NCBI GenBank assembly: GCA_024679065.1
Contig: JAGIQG010000032.1
Span: 13,578,001-13,642,000 of the forward strand
Reading direction: 5' to 3'
Source: Sphyrna mokarran
Lineage: Eukaryota
DNA length: 64,000 bases
Shown here: piece by piece, positions 38,611 through 53,292 of the stretch
Position numbering within the stretch: position 1 is the first letter of the stretch
Layout of the letters: the number at the start of each line of letters is the position of its first letter
Position numbers and translations under genes: made by a program
The notes under the pieces: model-generated
The model's input: the letters and a program-made list of their open reading frames with translations, nothing else
Told to the model about the DNA's origin: nothing
The model's database searches: none

Positions 38611-41516
38611 ACTCACCCACAGAACAACCCCAGTGGCCAGGCCAGCAGCTATTTGGGCTGTCTGACATCCCATCACTTTCTGTCCAAAATGGACGGAAGG
38701 TGAGAATGAAGAGCTAAAAAAAAGTAGCCCAGGCTCAACTGTTGGGGCTCGAGTCGAAATTCTAACTTGCAAAGAAAACGACTCAGAGTTGAAATTGGAC
38801 TTTGACCTTTGCACTCAGCTGCTGTTGTTTGCACTAAGGCACACAAAGTTAATGCTATTTCTGAATGTGGCTGACCCACTCTCCTTCCTGTTAGCTTGCC
38901 TGTTTTGCGCAAAGCTGCAGCACAGATACTGCTGCAAATCTTGGTCTTGCTGCAGAGCCTGGTATGAGAATCTGTTTGCGTCATTTCATCTTGAACTGTT
39001 TTGCACGAGGACTCAAGTCATCTGATATTCACTGAAATCTCATTTAACTGCATACTTTGAATCCTAAAACAAAAGAAAATGGATTTTGCTGTCTGCGATT
39101 AAACCTGAGGCGACGGAACTTGCCACAGAAATAAATCTGAATCTTATGAGGATTTGTAAAGGTCACTTTTATGAGATCTCGTATCTCTAGTTAACATGCT
39201 GCATTCCCCAAGTTGCCGGTTTAACGTCCTGGCCCAGATGAATGCCTCTGACTTACACAGCCTGTCCTGAGCTTGTTGATGTGATTACTCACACCAGTCA
39301 GGAAGTGGGGCACTGAGACAATCAAAAACACACACGAGATGTTCACAACTTTTAACAAGCTGCTGATAACTTCATTAGCAGTCACATGACAGCCCTGTAT
39401 GACCCCTGCAACCAACAGTGTGACCTACACTTAGCAGCTGGCCACGGCACCAGATTTATGTTGTACAGCCTGGATGGGAATTCAACCCCCCACTGAGGTC
39501 ATATGCAGAATACATACACTGTAAATTCATGGTCGACATTATATCAGTGAGTGTAATTAGCCTTGTAAATCCCAGAAAGCTGCCTTTGACAGCTACACTG
39601 AACACTTGCAATGTTTTACGCTTGTGATCTAGGCTTAATATAAAATCATACCCTGGGCAAGCCACAAGCCTTATGGAACTACCTTTGAGCTTCATAAGCA
39701 CTTTAAGAGATGAATTATGTGAGTTTTTCATTTCTTTCACTTTGATTCACCAACAGGGTGGAAACTTGACTGATGACCATAAATTTCAAATAATTGCCAA
39801 CAGTTGGAAACAGCTCACAGAGCTCTGCTGCTTTTTGGACCTTCCACCACCATGCCCCCCTACTCCTCTGCAGGGCAAGTCAACACATGAATTAATTCAC
39901 TGCTGGCCACCATTTTATGGGTTGATGTACTATACTTTATGGCTTCCCTTTGTTCCGGTTTCAGGAGAACACAGGATTGCCAACACTATTTGGATGTGTT
40001 CCTGGAGGTTCCACTATATAAACTCTCACCTCTAACTGCCCTGTAAAAACAGGCAGTATGCCATCACCCAATATTTTTATCACCAATGAACAAAGTGCTC
40101 CATGAAAATGAAAAACAAGGGCGAACAATTTATCTTTTGAAGCCACCTCCTATGATCTTTCTCGCACTCTTGCTTGCAGCAAACTCCAGGAGGCGATTAA
40201 TCTTTAATTCCTGGTGACTGCAGGACAAGCTGGAGGATTGGTAACAGTCGGTAAACACACCCTCCTTCCCTATTTACATTCATTACCACATCTTGCAGTG
40301 CAGGAACACCGGGCTTCAGGTATGTAGGACTGTTTCTACACACACAGGCAGAATTTAATACTCTCCTCCGGTTTGGTGGTGGAGAATCATTAAATAGGGT
40401 GGGAGGATGTCGGATGGGGGGACGTCACAGCCTTCCCACCTCTGGCCCAATTGAATCGGTGTGGCAAGTCTTATGGATGGTCTTCCCAACCTTGCACCAA
40501 TTGAGAGTTTAGAGGTGCAATCAATGCCCACCTGAGGGGCTCACCGAGTCCTAACTGGTATTCATCTAGCAGCAGGCAGATTCATGCCATGCAAGAAGCC
40601 CAAAAAGCAAACCCTCTTGGTGGTTGAGAGCTTCCAGCAGAGGTGCAAGATGTGTCCTTCAAATTGAAGGATTTGGCATCAGGAAGGAGGGGTTGGCTGA
40701 TAGCCACCACCCTGCCCTTGCTTCTGACCCCATTCTCCACCCCGCCAATGTAATTCCCCTCCACTTACCATCAGTCACCTAAAACCCGTATCCCTCAATG
40801 ATCACGGGTCTTGGGTGGATTCTTCATTGACAGCAACCATCGCCTCCCACAATTTTAGCCTTCCAGAAATACAGAGTTCATCCATTTTACCACATATCTT
40901 AAAACAAGTATTAAAATTCAGATCTCTTATAGGTCTCTGGCTCTTGTTTATACAACAATGTGTCTCAGCGGCATCAACCTCACTTCTGAATCATGATGTG
41001 TGATGGAGAATCCAGACTGTCATGTCATTACAGTAGTGGGAGAGTGGTGCATTATCATCAGGAAAGGCGGAGGAGATTAGGTGAATGTCCAGAAGAATGG
41101 CACCATGGGTTTAAATGGGTAAGTAATGAGGGAAGGATGTGGTCCACCCAGGTGTTTAAAAGCTTTGAGAGATTTGATAGGATATGGACACAAAAAACTA
41201 CTTTCTTTGTTGAGGGAGTCAGATAGAAGAGGGAGCTCACATCAGATGAAGATTATAACTGCTGGGCCTTATCTGAATCTTTCTGAGAATGATGCAAATC
41301 GAGTTACCAGCTACCAGAAGACGGCTGTCCGCATCTAGGCAAATTCAGAATGGAGGGATGGAAGTGTCTATGGAGGCTTGGACTTTCTCTGAGGATTATT
41401 ATTCGTGAAAGCAAAACTTTTCTTAAACTTGACTTTGCAGACTTCACTTACTTCCTGACAGAAGGTGTGGGCAGCCATGCAAATTCCATTGCCATGCAAA
41501 ACAGCTTGCATTTTCA

Positions 41517-41799
41517 GTTTAAAGTATATTTATTAGTATCACAAGTAGGCTTACATTAATACTGCAATGTAGTTACTGTGAAAATCCCCGAGAGGCCACA
41601 ATCCAGTGCTTGTTCGGGTACACTGAGGGAGAATTTAGCATGGCCAATGTATTTAAGCAGCACGTCTTTCAGACAGTGGGAGGAAACCCACACAGACATG
41701 GGGAGAATGTGCAGACTCCACAGAGATAGTGACCCAAACCAGGACTCGAACACAGGTCCAAGATGATGAAGCAGCAATGCTACCCACTGTGCGGCCCCC
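41517..41799 (-). mobile_element. SINE with HE1-like head and core but a different tail
   Basis: Minus strand: gcacagtgggtagcattgct...gtgttcgagtcc...gtggagtctgcacattctcccc..., then ...ggattttcacagtaact...gtaagcctacttgtgatactaataaa. Confidence 0.8.
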
Positions 41800-44700
41800 A
41801 ATTTATTAATAGGACTCCTGCTAGTCGTGGCTGCATCTGTTGCTAAATGTTGTTAACAATGTAGATTGGTGCAAGTGTAGCAGCAAGTAAAGCCATTCCT
41901 TTGTTGTCACTCCTTTGTTCTACTGGAGCTACTCCATTCCTGCTGATCAGGGAAGAGTTAAAATTAGCTCTAACATATGTAGATTCACTACTCAGGGCAC
42001 TAAGTGCAACTCTGACAGGAAAATGGTTAAAAAAAACTCTGTTAAAAATAAATTTAACTTAAGGATATAATAAATATTGATGGCAGCCCAAGAACTATAA
42101 TTAGTCAATTACTGCCTTCAGGATACAGGCATAACTTTAAATGTTCAATAAGACTTTCACCTTTGTCAGCTATAATGAACTCTCATTGACCCTTTGTCAA
42201 TAGTTCACCCTGTACCTGGCAAGCACAGTTCATATTTCTATATCACACATTTCAACAAAATCATTGCACCTATTTACGTGTAAAACCAGTTTTGTTAAAT
42301 TTCAAAGCATTCCATATCCAAACAATCTTTCACAGAAAGGAATTTCACCTTGCTCCAACCCTCAGTCAGAATAACAACGTGTATTTATATGGCGCCTTTA
42401 ATATAACAAAACATTGCAAGGCATTTCACAGGTGTGTAAGAAGGCAAAGTTTCACAGTATGTGACATAAGGCAATATTAAGGCAGATGTTCAAAAGCCTG
42501 GTCAAAGAGGTAAGTTTTAAGAACTGTTGTGAAGGAGGAAAGAGAAGTCAAAAGATTGAGAGATTTAGGGAGGGAATTCCAGAGCTTAGAGCCTAGGCAG
42601 CTAAAGGCCACCAACGATGGAGCAATTAACATTGGAATGCTGAAGAGGTCAGAATGAGAGCAGTGCAGAGAACTTGGGAGGATTGTGAGGCTGGATATCC
42701 TTCTCCCTATTTACACCATCAAAACCTTAATGAACACTTCCATTAAATCTCTTGTTTTGTTTCTCTATTCCAAAACGTCAAGGCTTTATCAAAATTATGG
42801 CTTTCCGTTGCTGGGACCCACATGGGCTTCTGTACACTAAGTCCTTCCAATAACCAGTTGCTGAAAACACACAGTACCCCCAAACTGTGTCGTAACCATT
42901 GCAAAAATAAAACAATGAAATTGCTGAAAATGTGAAGTAGACATGGGAAATGCTGGAGCGTTCAGCAGGTCAGGCAGCATCTGGGGAGCAAGGAAAAGAG
43001 TCAGTGCTCTAGGTCTGTGTTCACCAATCTCTCCAATCCTGCTCTCAGCTCAGAGGTTGCACAGGATTCAAATTCTTCATATTTTTCTTTGCATCTCATA
43101 GTGTAGTATGTAAATTACCAAAGGCTATTCATTCTCTGCTCCAGTTGTCTTCCTGATCAAATGGATAGTTGGTCTATTCCATTGATGGACTTCTTGTAAT
43201 TATATTGGTGCACTTCTATTTCCCTTCACAATTCCATTTTCAGTCTCTACAAAATTGCACGGTGTGTCTTTTTCCCCAGTGCTTAGTCTTCTCAATTTTG
43301 GTCATAAGTTCTGGTAAATTGTACATTCTATGGCACTGATTATAATTTCTGGTTTGATTTGCAGAATAAACATCGCTCCCCCTCGACTCCATTTACTCTG
43401 TTGTTTTGAGACTTGATATAAATGTGTATGGAACAACAGAAAGTTGAGCTGTCTTCCCATCAAAAGTTTTGACATGGAAATGAATATACCATTAGAGGTT
43501 TCCTTTGCTCTTGGTGATGGACGGACTGGCGATGCAGCTCAAAATCATTCCCTCATTATTTTGAGATCCCTAGTCACCAAATGGAATTCAGCTCTCTAAC
43601 ACGACACTTTCTAACATCTCTGGTGTATTCTCTGAAAGATCTCCAGTCTAAGAACTCCAGATGTGAACAATCACTTATCATAAATCAATAAGTCATCCAC
43701 AACACTAAGATGTCTTCTCTGCTTGAAGTATTGCTTCAGGATGAGATTATTTGGAACATATTCTGGTCATCCATTTTTGCAGTATTCCCAAATTTTAACA
43801 TACTCTTCATCTGATTTTGTGCCTTTCAGATGTTATTCAGCTTCTGTGTTGTTGCTGATAGGAAGTTTGTGGTCAATGGAGTATTTGACTCACTTCACCC
43901 TTGGAGGTCTCTGCAAGTCCTCTAATTCTGGCCTCTTGAGCACCCTTAATTTTAATCATTCTACCACTGGTGGCTATGTCTTCAGCCAATAAAATTCTTT
44001 GCTCTGGAAATTGCTCCATGAACCTCTTTGCCTTTCCTCCTCCTTTAAAATATTGCTTATAACCCACCTCTTTGATCAAGCACATGGTTATTTGCCTAAA
44101 TATCTCCTTGTGTGTTAAATTTTATTTGATCATCCTCCTATGAAAAGCCTTGGGTGTTTCACTATGTTAAAGGTACTGTATAAACAGCTGCTGCCATTTT
44201 CCCTCCCTCTCTATCCTCACGGAAGCTGCCAGATCTGCTAAGTATTATCAGCATTTCCAGTTTTTATTTCAGATTTCCAGCATCTGCAGTATTTTGCTTT
44301 TGTTTTGTTGTAGTTGTTGTAGTATTTATTGGCACATGGGAGGCTGAACAAAAGAAAACAAGGAGTTCAAGTACGTACATGAGCAGAAATAAATTAATAA
44401 TGCTTCAAAATAGGGCTGAATACTGCAGCCCTCACTAAGGCAATAAATAATAGCCTTTATGCTACTTAATATAAGCTCTCTGACAAAATTCCATTTTTTA
44501 ATTCTACAATCTAACCTTTATAGGTCTAAGATGATGAACAGTGAAATCCCACTCCAAAGGGAATACACTGTTTAAAGGAAGCCTGGTAGTGTTCTATTTT
44601 CAAGTCCAAATGGGTGCATGTTACTATTTTTATTCATGGGATGTGTAATTGTAGTGTTGAATTGCAGAAAGCAAAATAAAAGTGAAGTGCCTCATAAATC

Positions 44701-47700
44701 AGAACCTGTCACTTTTAACTTGATATAAAGGCTAATTAAAACCTAATTCACTTCATTGCTTGGGCAAGTTTTAATGAAAAGTAGTAGTTGCAGCACTGGA
44801 ACGCATTAGCTGGAGCCTTGCATTGTTCATGACAAGATCATGGTGTTAGCAGAACAACAAAGGGTAATGCTTGTGTTTACCCAATGTGGACATATGCGAT
44901 ACACTTAGCAAAATTAAAGGGGCAGTTTGTTACTAAACCTGCAACACGAGATTCATGTGATCACCTGGCACAGCATTTTCACAGCACAATCCCATTTTAC
45001 AGGTAGAAATGCAAAAAAAATCAGGGAAGCCTTCATTATCAATTTTAAACCCCTCTTTCTTTTCTCCTTCAATTTATTTCCTAACTCAGATTGCTATTTG
45101 GGGCAAGTGGGGGGCTGTGGAGGGGGAGGGAGGTGGTAATTCCAGACTAGTACCCACACAAGTTACCAATACCTATAATTTGGACCTACACTGTGCACAT
45201 TGGATGTCCACTCAGTCTTTGACATTTGGCCTGCAGGCAACCTCTGATTGGCAGGAAAAGTGGTGATGGTGGGAGGGGATTTGGAGAGAGAGCAACTTCT
45301 GATTTTTGGCAGTTTTTACTCAGGATTTTAAAGCCTGGGGGAAGGTAGAAATCCATTGGCACTGGCTTCTCAAGCTCAGGTGGTAATGTGGCTGCAAGGC
45401 GTACCTGAACAAGGGTGTTGAGAGAGTTCAAATTTTGGCCTTGGCCTGAGCTGGCAGCTACTCCACCCCACTTTTCTGAAATAGTTCTGAAACAGGAATT
45501 AGGCTTCTTATCTACATACCTAAGCAGCCTAATTTTGCTTTAGGTCACTGTTGATGATGTTTGAAAAATCCCCTAAACCAATTTTATCTCGGCCTCTGCC
45601 AGGTATCTTTTGGGGATAGAATGTTGGTGCTCAAAACTAGGCTTTCTTGCACCTATTTTGCAGCTCGGGTGCAACAAAAGCATTGCATAAATCAGTGGTT
45701 TCCAACCTCATGAGTATTACGGTACACCTCTATACTATAAAGGAAATTTCAGACACACCTCCTGTTTATTCTGAGCTGCCCTCCAGCAAAAGACAATTTG
45801 GGAGCAATTTTCAGCCTGTGTTCACCATCAAAGAGAACAATGACTTGGTCAAAAAATGGGAAGGAAATCAGGTTTCCATGTTTTACTGTGCATGTGTGAA
45901 TGGCAAAAATCTCATTTCTGCCATAATAACACGGATAGCTTCAGTTTGAGCTAACGCAAAACCGGGACCATTGAGTTGGAAAAAGATAAACAATTCAACA
46001 CAAATATAAGCTTAGAAAGCTGAAGTGCAGGACAGAATCTCAGCATAATGCTAATCTCATATCTAGGCATTAGCTAAGCATAACTATAGACACAGGTTAT
46101 TGGCATGGTTTCAATATTGTGATTTTTCAGAACTACATATGCGATTTTTTTTTTTACCTTTCTCTACTTCTCTCACTTCTCCCAGGGTTTTTTGTGCCCT
46201 GTTTAAATTTTTGCATGTGTGGGGGCACAAAGGACTTTGCCTTCAGCTCCAGGTCCCGTTGGTCATGAGCATGGGCCTGACTAATGTAAAAAGTCTAAAT
46301 CACGCATGTGCGGCTCTTTCCCAGCCGGCACGTACACTGAGATCCATCAGGTCTTGGAAAAGCCGATCACAGAGCTGAAGACGAAGGTTAGTTTTATTTT
46401 AATTAAATGAATTTTTAATCACTTTGAATCTTTTTTGTGGCACACTTGGGGATGTTCAGGATACACCAGTATGTCGTGTGGATGCCGTGGTACACAGGTG
46501 GGAACCACTGACGTGAATGCTAACTCTTCTATTTTTTCTCGCTTAATAAGCATTTGAAATAACAAAGCAAGCAAGATAATAAAGCTAAACATATTATATA
46601 TTGGGCTGAGAGAGTTAAAACAGCAGGTTGTTTTGATGGGTTGAATGGTTTTTCCTCGGACTTGATATTTTTGCACGTTCTAATTTGTAAAGTCTATATT
46701 GCTGCCCAGCTGGGATCAGTGAATTCAGCTCAGACTGCTAATCAAATCTGGAACTGCTAGGGCTTGCAAGGATCAGTGCCAGTCAGTGCGTTCACTTCAA
46801 AACAACAGGGAAACAACTTACTTTATAAAAGTAAAACCGCCAACTGCACAACTGAGTCATTTATTCCCAAGGACATTCATGCAGCGACAGTGACAACCTC
46901 TGAAGGGATGCTTACTCAGTGAGACTAGGCTAGGAGGGGTACGTATTTTGTGTGACATAAACAAGGGAGACACCACCACACTAACATCCACAATCAAGTT
47001 ACTTGCAGCACTGGCAGATTTTTAATTGGACCACTGCATAAAATAACAATTAAATGCTCTGGCAAATGAAGACAAAAAGCACATTTTACTAGAACTCACT
47101 GCAGGTTTCAAAGCATTTTGTTTTTTGCAACTCATGCAATTGAACAGTAAAAGAATGGTTAGCTCAGGAGAGTACAGTGAGTAATAAATGTAAATGACAG
47201 GAATTTGGAAGTAATGCCTTTCTGAACTATTCCCTTAAGGCCGTGCTGTGAAAAAATTCCTAAATGTAGATACCAGGCTAATGTACTTCAACCTGCAATT
47301 AGAACATTACTGGAACCATTACCCACTTAAACAATAGCATCTGATGCAGTCCTTGTAGTCTCATTAGAATTTTAAGGGTTATGTGGTTTACTAGCATTGG
47401 GTTACTGCTTCAAGTTTGCAATTAGTAAATATAAACCAGCAGGGTGGTTAGCCATACCATGCCAAAGGTGTGTAAAATATTACCATTAGAATATCTAATT
47501 TTTATTTGCAAGTAAGGGGTTTAAGTGCCATTCGCCTAGTCATTGCAGCCCTCATTTAATTAAGATTGCTGAGCCACTTAAGAAAACATCAAAGGGCCAA
47601 AAGTCATTCTAATAAGGCACCAAACACAATTACTGTAATAATGATAGACCTCTAAATCTATTCCAGAGACTTTTAAAATATACTATATTCACATCAAATG

Positions 47701-49065
47701 TCTTACTAGCATGAGAGCTTTTCAATCTATTCTGGGGAAAATTAAGAACAGGCATGGAGCAACCAGTCCAGCATTAAAGACTCAGAACATTTTAAAAGTC
47801 TCAAAGGAGGTATAAAGTGCTTTTATAAATATTTCAGAAGTACAATCATTTAAACGGTGTTATTATCTATTGCTCTGTTAGCTCCCTAATACCACTACTT
47901 GAAGTTGGTGAGTGTTATTTAGCAATTGTTGCAAATCGATTTCAGTAATTTTATAAACAGCCTTAAGCAATGGTTGATTTTCTACCTGTTGCCAAGCAAC
48001 CGCTGTAATGCATAGTCATCTATATAAATCATTACATTCGGTTCGAACAAACATTGACCCACTCGTACATTTTAATTAAATCATAATATTCTTTCCAGAT
48101 TCAAAAAAGTGAGACAGAATGGGGCAGAGAACCTGTCAGAATGCACTTCAAACAATTCAATGTCTTAAGGCAAACATAAGGATTAAAATATTTATAACGG
48201 GGTCTAAGAAGCAGTAAATAATTGCATTCTGCACCTATATGTAGATGTTATCGAGCATATATTTGCTGATTTTAAAGGTCCTACGTCATTTCTCATTTTT
48301 ACAAAGGTAGTCAGTTTCAAACCCCACATGAAAGGAAAACATATCAGCAGTTTCTAATATGTTTGTGTCCCCAGATAGTAGTGTGTAAAATATTTCCACA
48401 AGAGATACATTACTGCACAAACAACTGTACAATCTGACAATGAATAGGATCTAAATCTTTTCCAGCAAAACATTTTACGAGGTCAAACTGTTCTCCGCCT
48501 CATTCGATCACCAACTAACCCAGTGAGGTTGACGTGCGAGATATTGAGGCCTTAAACACAGCCAGAGCGCCAAAGGGTGACCAGTCATAGCTTGGAAAAG
48601 ACGTATGGTGTATTTCAATATTTAATCAATAATGGCATCTTCCTGACCTAAACAGGGAAGGTATGGAACATTTCCCAAAACTCTTCAGGAAACTGCAGGA
48701 CTGAAAATATCTGCACATGCCTCGACCCTCTGAACATCAATGAAACGTTTGAGGAAAGCAAAAAAAAGCAACAATTGCAAGAGAAATTATTGTATATATT
48801 TTAAAAAGGCATTTCTTTGTCACTTTTCTGCCCTTCTCTCTCAATCAATCACAAAAACGGCCACCCACAAACCATAAATATGAACTCTTTCAAACGCTTA
48901 AGTTTAATTATACCCTGCCTATATTAAGGCTCAACCCATTTCAAAATTCCCCATCAATCCAAAAGCTATTCCTTTCCATTGCTGTTTATCTCCGTCCTGT
49001 TTAAAACATCATAGCAGTCAGTTGCCCTTATTGTCAAACATACCAATCTGAGACTGTTTGAATTA

Positions 49066-49371
<306 letters not shown>

Positions 49372-50478
49372 TCAAGACTGCAGCTATGGGACAATACTTA
49401 ACAAGTAGTCTTTTATTCTCCAACATTAAACCAATGTAACTATGTGCTGGGGAATTGGAGATGTGCACTTATCTGAAAGGGTAGATGGTGCTGATGGCAA
49501 CTCTCCGGTTCATTGTTTATACTCAGTGAAGCCATTAAAAGCAAATAAGAGACAGGCTCGTTGCCAGCTTTCCACATCTGAGTCATTGATGCCAAGTCAA
49601 TAACTGTAAGCAATCTTTTCTAACTGGCAAACACTGGCATTCAGAATGCGTGAACTAAATGCCAGGCTGCTCATCATTGCAACAAAATGTCAAATAGCCA
49701 CTTGCGGCATCCGGATGTCCATGAAACTATGGATGAAGAAAGTAAAGGAGCCTAAACAATGGCAGTTATTTGCAGACACCTGCTCTTGCTAGTGTACTAT
49801 GGGAGAGGCTATATTATCGGAATTGTACTTCTGTTGGGAATTACAACTGTTTCAAAAGTAAATTCCCCAAATCAAGGAAAATATTCCTGTCATCATGTTT
49901 TAAATTGTATTGAATTAGCACCCATATGCATATTTTGTGACTATTGTATATTTGATTACCTGATGGATACAGGAGCACCAATATCTTGATGTGATTTTGT
50001 GAGGACAACTGTGGGCTTAATGGTCCCACGGAGATAAAGAATAAAGGGGACCTGCCTACATGATGCTTTTTAACTTTTGTCTTGGGTCCATGTTAGTCTA
50101 CGAATAAATCATATACTGGCCCACTTAGTATGCATAATCACGAGTGCTGAGTGTCCTTCTGCTGGTGTTCTCCTTCTCATTGTTTTGGCATTGGAAACAT
50201 TGTGCTGAATGAGCACCAACAATTTGGCCATCATTTGCTTGATATTTCTCAAGTTTCAACTGACATCTGAACATCAATTGTTCATCATCCCATGGATACT
50301 TGCTTTGGAGAGATTATTAGGACTCCTTTTTGCATGCAAGGATGGGATGCATTATTCTGCAGCCAGTAAAGTTGTGCAATTAGGGGTCCTCACCCTCTAT
50401 AGGGCCAGTAATCACTGGGCCTTCTGAAACAACAAGACTAATTGGTACAGTTTTTGGTCATCCTGAGCAGTCCAACCC

Positions 50479-50832
50479 TAGAATCCCGACAGTGCAGACA
50501 GAGGCCATTTGGTTCATCGCGTCTGCACTGACTCTCTGACAGAGCATCTTACCCAGGTCCATCTCTCTCCCTATCCCTGTAACCTCACACATTTACCCCA
50601 CTAATTCCCCTAATCCACAAATCTTTGAAAGCTGAAGGGCAATTTAGCATGGCCAATCCACCTAACCTGTACACCTTGGATTATGGGGGGAAATTGGAGC
50701 ATCCAGAGGAAACTCAGGCAGACACAGGGAGAATGTGCAAACTCCACAAAGACAGTGACCCAAGCCTGGAATTAATTCTGGTCTTGGCGCTGTGAGACAG
50801 TTGTGGTAGCCATAATGCTACGGTGCTGCCCC
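50479..50832 (-). mobile_element. Full-length HE1-like SINE
   Basis: Reverse-complement homologue of 23164-23488 and 53553-53897. Confidence 0.85.
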
Positions 50833-52616
50833 ATGCAGCGGCTGGACCAGGACATAAATAACAGAGATGCTCTATTGGCTATGACTTCTTTGGCAACAAT
50901 CGCCCCTGCTACAGGGTGGCTTCAGAATATCTATACAGATATACTGCAATAACTTATCAATTTTAGTTTAGCAGCAGCAATCAGTTCCATGCTATCTACC
51001 AATACAAACATAAGAACAGAAACATTGTGATATCGTTGCTCCTTAATCATTGCTGGGTGAAAATCCTGGAACAGCTTATCTAACATCATGTGTTATTGTC
51101 AGTTAAACAGGGAGATGTTTTAATAAACTGGCTAGATAAAAGCATGTGATATGGAGAGCTAAAAAAATGGAACTTGTTTGAGGCATGGCAGAAAGCCAAC
51201 AAAACCTGTCACAAAAGCCCAAGAATTCAAAGACAGGGGAGGGGGGGTCCTCGTAATAGTGTTCAAAAGGGAAGAAATAGAAGCAGGAGTGGGCCTTTCA
51301 GCTCATTAAACATGCTCTACCATTGAATAAGACCAGGACTGATTTAATTGTGGCTTCAGCACCACTTTCTTGTCTGTCCTCCATGAACATGGACTCCCTC
51401 ATCCATCAGAAATATTCAGCCTTGAATATATTCAATGACTAACCTTTTACTGCTTTCTATGGAAGAAAAGACTAACCATCTTCCAAGAGAAATTCCTTTT
51501 CATCTCCATTTTAAATGAGCTGCATTTTAATTGGGATGAACTGCTTGTCCCTGAGAACGAATATTGGCCAGAGGCCACCATGACCAAAACAAGCTAACCA
51601 CGCTATGGATGGCCTACATTGATAGAGTGGGATTTCTGCCCTTCAGTAAAAGTCTGACCCTCAGTAGCTGATGGTTAATCTGATTGACTGATAGCTCAAG
51701 CAGTGCCAAAGGTCAGTGATAAGCACTGCTGGAATTGCAGGAAGGAGGACAAAAATTATCACGGCTTTCCCAGAATGGAGATTTCCATGGTTTCAGGGCA
51801 GGGAGGTATTCTGGAATGCAGGGAGGGCTGGGTTTTGGAGGCAGTGCGATGCAGAAGCCAGGGGTGAACATCTTAAATCGGGTGTCCTCAATGTACAGAG
51901 AGGATCTCTTGAATGAAGTTCCCCCTTATCTTCCCAATCTTATTCATGTAGGCCATAAAGGAAAGGATTTGCCCACTTCAGTCCATCTGTCAATGCCAGC
52001 CTCATTGTTACTTGGATAGCATATTATCCAGGTCAATAGGCTTGCTAACAAGCCTACTTGGACTTTTATTATTTATTTGCATATGGTACATGGGCTACAA
52101 TTTAAGCATCCACCCATCTTACTGTGGCGCTATCAGCTTAGAGTCACGCCGTAAAACATGTCAGCAGGGACACATAAAATCCAGTCTCTAATCATTAAAC
52201 TGAGTTCCCTAGTTCTACATTCGCATGAGAGGAAATATCCACTGACCACTCAGAATCTTAGATGTTAAAATAAGATTGTGTTTCATTGTTCTGAACTCCA
52301 ATGAGTGTAGGCCCAACCTGCTCAGCCCTACCTCTTGAGATAATTTCTCTTCCTTGTTTTGTCCAGTGTAACTACTTATGCTTTTATTCAATAAATTTTC
52401 AACAAAATAGTGAAATCCATTGCTGAATTAAGCAGAAACCAAGACAGACACGTGTAAATGGGCACAATGCATTCAAGTGAAGACATACATTTAAGTGTTT
52501 ACATAACCACAGGTACTGGAAGTAACTTCTGACCCTGGATTTGAGGCTGAATCAGAGCGCTCAAACCATTAGTATTAGTTCCTTCCTTTGCCGACTCTGT
52601 GGTATCCCAGAATTCA

Positions 52617-52859
<243 letters not shown>

Positions 52860-53292
52860 CTAGAAAACAGAGATCTCTATTAATGACAAACAGACAAGCT
52901 CATTCAGGTGTGTAAAAATTAATCACATTAGAATTAAATGCCAGCACATCTGTGCCAGACCTGAGCTTTACTCCTTGAGCGTGTAAGGGGCTGGTTATTT
53001 CACTTTTATTGTACTCTATACATATTTTTTAAAATAGATATGCATAAGCAAGGAAAGCTGCCCTAGGTTTCCCTCCTGATTGGCCCATTCTATCCATGTG
53101 ACGGCTAAGACCTTTGATCAAGTGTTGTTTCCACTAACAGGAGAGCTGGTAAGCAGAGGACACACATTCAAGGTAATTGGCAAGCCAACCACTGTGAGAT
53201 AAGCATAATGCTTCCCTAAATCATGATGATTTGGAACATAGGAAGAACAATGGCAGAATAGCAAAGATTGAATACCAACTCCCAAAGGTGGA

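Noticed and set aside
38170-38703. Longest ORF in the track (177 aa, plus strand)
   Set aside because: Built from a SINE fragment, MITE-like sequence and a poly-C run; no domain or splice support.
46822-46842. 21-nt AG...gtaagt microexon candidate
   Set aside because: Contains an in-frame TAA and has a weak pyrimidine tract.
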